Source: Candidatus Methylomirabilia bacterium (GTDB taxonomy: Bacteria; Methylomirabilota; Methylomirabilia; Rokubacteriales; CSP1-6). From it: 41,063 nucleotides of DNA. This document shows, piece after piece, positions 37,191 through 41,063 of this stretch. The stretch covers positions 1 through 41,063 of the forward strand of contig JBGPXN010000022.1 of the NCBI GenBank assembly GCA_041492755.1, read 5' to 3'. The notes beneath the pieces were generated by a model, which saw only the letters and a list, made by a program, of their open reading frames with translations, did not search any database and was not told the origin of the DNA. Made by a program: the position numbers and the translations under genes. Positions within the stretch are counted from its first letter, which is position 1, and each line of letters begins with the position of its first letter.

Positions 37191-37371
37191 CTCTACCTCG
37201 TCCACTGCGCTCCTGAGACAGCGCCCACCGTGGGGGGAATCATAGTCTCCGTGATGCACGGCAGCAAGGAATGCCCGAGTTTCGCCTCTCGGCAACGGCC
37301 CTCGTTCGCAGTAGCCCTTAGAGCGCTGGCGGCCGGCCGACGGGCATGTCCTGCGTGATAGACTCGCCGCC

Positions 37372-38721
37372 GTGAGCAGGGGATTCCGCGACGTTCTCAG
37401 CCGGCTGACGGACGCGGGCGAGTTGCTGCACGTGCCCAAGGCCGTCGATCCACGCCACCTGTCCGCGCTGATGGCGCAGGCGCCGCAGGCCACGTTCTTC
37501 GAGCAGATCGCCGGCTATCCGGACTGGCGCGCCGTCGGCGCGCTCGTCTCCACACGGCGGCGGCTTGCGCTGGCCATGGGGTGTGCGGAGGACGCCGTCG
37601 CGACCCGGTTCGAACAAGGCATCCGGCGGCCGATCGAGCCCTGCGTCGTCGAGCGCGCGCCGTGTCAGGAAGTCGTCTGGACGGGCGACGAGGTCGACCT
37701 CACGCGCCTGCCCATTCCGATGATGCACGTCAAGGACGGCGGGCCCTACATCTCCGCAACGCTCGTGGTCTCGAAGGACCCGGAGTACGGGCGCAACGTC
37801 GGCTCGTACCGGATGATGTATCGCACCCCGACGGAGACCGGCATCGACCTCGTCTCCTCGTCCGACATGCGCGTGTACTACCAGCGCGCGCTCGACCAGG
37901 GGCGGCCCCTTGAGATCGCGGTGGCCATCGGCGTGCATCCGTTCGAGCTGCTGGCCGCCTCGTACAAGGCGCCCATCGCCGAGGACGAGTTCGCGGTCGC
38001 CGGCGGCCTGCACGGGGCGCCGGTGGAGCTCGTGCGCTGCCGCACGGTGGATCTCGAAGTGCCGGCCCACGCGGAATTGGTGCTGGAGGGTGAGCTGCTG
38101 CCGATCGGGTGGACGGCGGACGAGGGGCCGTTCGGCGAGTTCAGTCACATTACGGGCGAGGTGAAGTGGAATCCGATCTTCCGGGTCCGCGCGATCACCC
38201 ACCGCCGCGACCCGATCTTCTACGTGCTGCAGATGCCGTGGGAGAACGACTGGCTCGCCGCGCCCGTGATCGAGGCGGCCGGGCTGCAGGCGCTGCGCAT
38301 CGCGAGCGTGGAGCCGGTGGCCATCCGGGCGCCCGTTGGCGGGTGCTGTTACTGGACGCTGGTCGCGTCGATCAAGAAGCGCCCGGGCGAGGGGATGAAC
38401 GCGTTGCTCGCGCTGCTGTCGGTCGCCGAGGTGAAGCTTGCCATCGTGACCGACGACGACATCGACATCTACGATCCCGACCAGCTCGACTGGGCGATGA
38501 CGTTCCGGGTCCAGGCCGATCAGGACGTGTTGATCGTCCAGAAGGCGCGGGGCAAGCACATCGATCCCAGCGTGCGCGCGGGCATGCTCGGCAAGGGCGG
38601 CTTGGCCACCACCGCCAAGCTCGGCATCGACGCGACGATTCCCGAGGGCGTGCCGCGCTCGCACTACGAGCGCCTCCGCTATTTCGCGAAGGACGCCGTT
38701 CGTCTCGAGGACTACCGGTGA
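37372..38721 (+). CDS. UbiD-family prFMN-dependent (de)carboxylase
   Basis: LPIP...DGGPYI, RNVGSYR, VPAHAELVLEG, EGPFGE, DDDIDI, KLGIDAT. Confidence 0.92.
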   Translation: MSRGFRDVLSRLTDAGELLHVPKAVDPRHLSALMAQAPQATFFEQIAGYPDWRAVGALVSTRRRLALAMGCAEDAVATRFEQGIRRPIEPCVVERAPCQEVVWTGDEVDLTRLPIPMMHVKDGGPYISATLVVSKDPEYGRNVGSYRMMYRTPTETGIDLVSSSDMRVYYQRALDQGRPLEIAVAIGVHPFELLAASYKAPIAEDEFAVAGGLHGAPVELVRCRTVDLEVPAHAELVLEGELLPIGWTADEGPFGEFSHITGEVKWNPIFRVRAITHRRDPIFYVLQMPWENDWLAAPVIEAAGLQALRIASVEPVAIRAPVGGCCYWTLVASIKKRPGEGMNALLALLSVAEVKLAIVTDDDIDIYDPDQLDWAMTFRVQADQDVLIVQKARGKHIDPSVRAGMLGKGGLATTAKLGIDATIPEGVPRSHYERLRYFAKDAVRLEDYR

Positions 38722-38912
38722 GTCCGCTCGCCCAGGCCCTCATGGCCGAGCTGAGCGGGCACCCGCGCCACTTCGGCGAGCTGGTCGAGGCGCACATGGA
38801 CACGTCGTGGCGGGATTTTCTGCGAGCCTGGGGCGAGGTGCGTGCCGCCGATGTCCTCGCCCGCGACGACGCCGGGCGCTATCTGCTCAGGGCGGGGGTG
38901 ACCACGGTGTAA
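38718..38912 (+). CDS. 64-aa protein coupled to the UbiD gene
   Basis: GTGA overlap; (M)SPLAQALMAELSGHPRHFGELVEAHMDTSWRDFLRAWGEVRAADVLARDDAGRYLL... Confidence 0.65.
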   Translation: MSPLAQALMAELSGHPRHFGELVEAHMDTSWRDFLRAWGEVRAADVLARDDAGRYLLRAGVTTV

Positions 38913-38924
38913 GAGGCGGCGACG

Positions 38925-39089
38925 TTACCGGTGCTGGCTCGGGATCTTCCGCGCTTCGAGATAAATCGCCCCCGTCACACCGTCGAGGTGCTCGGACTTC
39001 CTGTAGACGAGATAGCCAAAGTACACCGCGACCGCGCCTTCGAGTCCTACGATCGCCAGCATCACCGTCATGAACCAGTGCTCCGTCAC
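38925..39089 (-). CDS. 54-aa single-TM protein
   Basis: GGAGG upstream of GTG 39089; TVMLAIVGLEGAVAVYFGYLVY followed by RK. Confidence 0.55.
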   Translation of the reverse strand: MTEHWFMTVMLAIVGLEGAVAVYFGYLVYRKSEHLDGVTGAIYLEARKIPSQHR

Positions 39090-39223
39090 TTGGCGTCCTC
39101 CACCATGAGCTGCTGGTGGCCATTTTGACGGGCGCCCTCCCACGCGTCAACGTCCACGATCCAAGACACTCTCGGTGGTCTGAGGGCGCAGGCGCGTCCG
39201 AGCATGTTCCGGAGCAGCCGCGA

Positions 39224-40162
39224 TCAGCCGGCGGTCGGCGGCCGGTTGCGCCGAATCGCTTCGGGGTTGGTCGAGTCGGCCCCCATGTAGATTCCTTTCT
39301 CCCACGAGCGCTTCAGCGGGTCGCGCACGGACAGGCGCATGCGCCCGATGCCGTGGATCTCGAAGTCGACCACCTCGCCGTCCTGCAGCGGCCCCAGACC
39401 TTCGTGGTTGGTGCCGCAGGCGATCAGGTCGCCCGAGTTGAGGGTCATGATGGTCGTCGCGAACTCGACCAGCTCGGGGACGAGGTGCTCCATGTCGTCG
39501 GTGTTGTAGTTGTGCCGGAGCTGGCCGTCGACCCAGAACTGCACGTGGACGGCGTTGGGCTCCGGGATCTCGTCGGCGGTGGCGATGCAGGGGCCGATGG
39601 GGGCGAAGGTGTCGAAGGACTTTCCGAGCCAGCTACCGGCCTTCCAGGTGCGCCGGCCCTCACCGCGCGCGGACACGTCGATCATGCCGGTGTAGCCGAA
39701 CACGGCGCTCCGCCAGTTCTCGCGCGTCACTGCCTTCGCCGGTCCCTTGATGACGAGCGCCAGCTCCGCCTCGTGCATGAAGATCCATGGCTCGGTGAAC
39801 TCGGGCAGCACGATCGTGTCGCCCGGCCCGATTACGGCGTCCGGGTTCTTGAGGAACATGTTCAGCGCTCGCGCCTCGAGGGCGCCGTGCTCCCAGTAAT
39901 TCGCGATGCAGGCCAGGATCTTCCCGGGCCGGGGGAGCGGCGGGCGCAGCCGCACGTCGATCAGCGGCAGCGCCCGCCCGTCGTGGGCCAGCCGCTCGAG
40001 GGAGGGGCGCAGCCGCTCGAATTCGTCGATGATCCCGACCATCGTGGCCTGCGGCGTCGGGCGCGCCGAAACCGCGCCGGCGATGCCGACGACGCCCCGC
40101 TCGGTGAGCACGCCCGGCACTACCTCGGGTCGTCCGGCGGCTTCGAAGAGAACGAGTTTCAT
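39224..40162 (-). CDS. fumarylacetoacetate hydrolase family protein
   Basis: GKILACIANY, FLKNP, HEAELALVI, DVSAR, GKSFDTFAPIGP, GDLIACGT. Confidence 0.92.
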   Translation of the reverse strand: MKLVLFEAAGRPEVVPGVLTERGVVGIAGAVSARPTPQATMVGIIDEFERLRPSLERLAHDGRALPLIDVRLRPPLPRPGKILACIANYWEHGALEARALNMFLKNPDAVIGPGDTIVLPEFTEPWIFMHEAELALVIKGPAKAVTRENWRSAVFGYTGMIDVSARGEGRRTWKAGSWLGKSFDTFAPIGPCIATADEIPEPNAVHVQFWVDGQLRHNYNTDDMEHLVPELVEFATTIMTLNSGDLIACGTNHEGLGPLQDGEVVDFEIHGIGRMRLSVRDPLKRSWEKGIYMGADSTNPEAIRRNRPPTAG

Positions 40163-40175
40163 GGGGGCGCCTCCG

Positions 40176-41063
40176 CTACCGCTTCGCCTTCGCCGTCTGC
40201 ACCATGAGGTCGTAGACTTCCTTCACGCGCGGCTGGGCGGCGACGACCTCGTCGCCCACCGTCGACAGGCGCTTCATCATCTCGGCCTGGTCCGCGGCCG
40301 GGAGCTTGATGAGCTCGCCGCCCTTTTCGGTCCAGGTCTGCCGGCCCTTGCTGTTGAACTCCACCGTCCAGTCGAACAACTCCTTCTGTACCGCCTCGCC
40401 CTCCTCCACCAGCACCTTCTGCAGATCGGGCGGTAGCTTGTCGTACCAGGGCTTCGAGACCATCGCGATCGACGTCACCATGGCGTCGTGGGTCTCCGTC
40501 ACCGCCTTGAGGATGTCGTAGTACTTGAACGTCGTGAAGATGGTGATGCCGGTGCGGTTGCCGTCGATGGCGCCGCGCTGCAGGGCAGGGAAGACCTCGT
40601 CGAGCGGCATGGGGGCGGCGGTCGCGCCCAGCCGGCCCACGGCCAGCGTCTGCATGGGGGACGCGAACACGCGGATCTTGAGGCCCTTGAAGTCGTCGAG
40701 CTTGCGGACGGGCTTGCGGGTCGCGTACGAGGCCGGCCCGTACACGATGAGCGAGACGCCCTTCAGGCCCTTGGCCTCGCCGAGGCCGAGCATGGTCTCC
40801 CGAAACTTCGAGTCGGCGAGCACGCGATACGTGTGGTCCATGTCGACGAAGAGTCCCGGGGCGCCGAGCGCCTGGAAGCGCTGGTCGTGCCCGACCACGA
40901 ACTCCGGCGGCCCGATCCACGCTTCGAGGGTGCCGAGCTGGAGGCCTTCGATCATTCTCGGTATGGAGCCGATCTGGCTCGCCGGATAGATCTCGACCTT
41001 GATCCGGCCCCCCGCGCGCTTCTCGACGCGCGCGCCCCAGCGCTTCTGCCACTCGTGCTGGAC
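40176..41063 (-). CDS. dctP: TRAP transporter substrate-binding protein (5' end beyond the window)
   Basis: Open to the window edge: GRIKVEIYPASQIG, DFKGLKIRV, PMPLDEVFPALQRGAIDG. Confidence 0.9.
   Translation of the reverse strand, partial: VQHEWQKRWGARVEKRAGGRIKVEIYPASQIGSIPRMIEGLQLGTLEAWIGPPEFVVGHDQRFQALGAPGLFVDMDHTYRVLADSKFRETMLGLGEAKGLKGVSLIVYGPASYATRKPVRKLDDFKGLKIRVFASPMQTLAVGRLGATAAPMPLDEVFPALQRGAIDGNRTGITIFTTFKYYDILKAVTETHDAMVTSIAMVSKPWYDKLPPDLQKVLVEEGEAVQKELFDWTVEFNSKGRQTWTEKGGELIKLPAADQAEMMKRLSTVGDEVVAAQPRVKEVYDLMVQTAKAKR

Overview
High-GC bacterial chromosomal segment. Gene content and GC-rich palindromic intergenic elements suggest Candidatus Rokubacteria/Methylomirabilota; this is an inference. 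Left part: a stand-alone LigD polymerase gene, a 48-aa six-Cys microprotein (missing from the ORF track) coupled to a broken LAGLIDADG-HTH gene, a liv-type ABC operon interrupted by a GT-C-like membrane glycosyltransferase and a SAM methyltransferase, and a PEP mutase-nucleotidyltransferase fusion (phosphonate biosynthesis). Next comes a small decayed island ending at the 3' end of tRNA-Ala(GGC), containing a sigma54 promoter, a c-di-GMP-I riboswitch, exported proteins and a serine-recombinase remnant, followed by tRNA-Leu(CAA). Middle part: divergent sugar-modification genes with back-to-back sigma54-like promoters, a REC-PilZ regulator, and an 11-subunit complex I operon (nuoABCDHIJKLMN, no nuoEFG). 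Right part: a four-gene envelope module (YLDPGTGS small membrane protein, TagF-like transferase, YejM/PbgA-like sulfatase-fold protein, YidC paralog), an MNT/HEPN toxin-antitoxin pair behind a DUF1156-like pseudogene, a UbiD-family decarboxylase, an FAH-family protein and a partial TRAP binding protein. The four-gene envelope module is the best candidate for an undescribed system, and it may use the phosphonate precursor made by the PepM fusion. All family calls come from motif reading by eye; no database searches were run.
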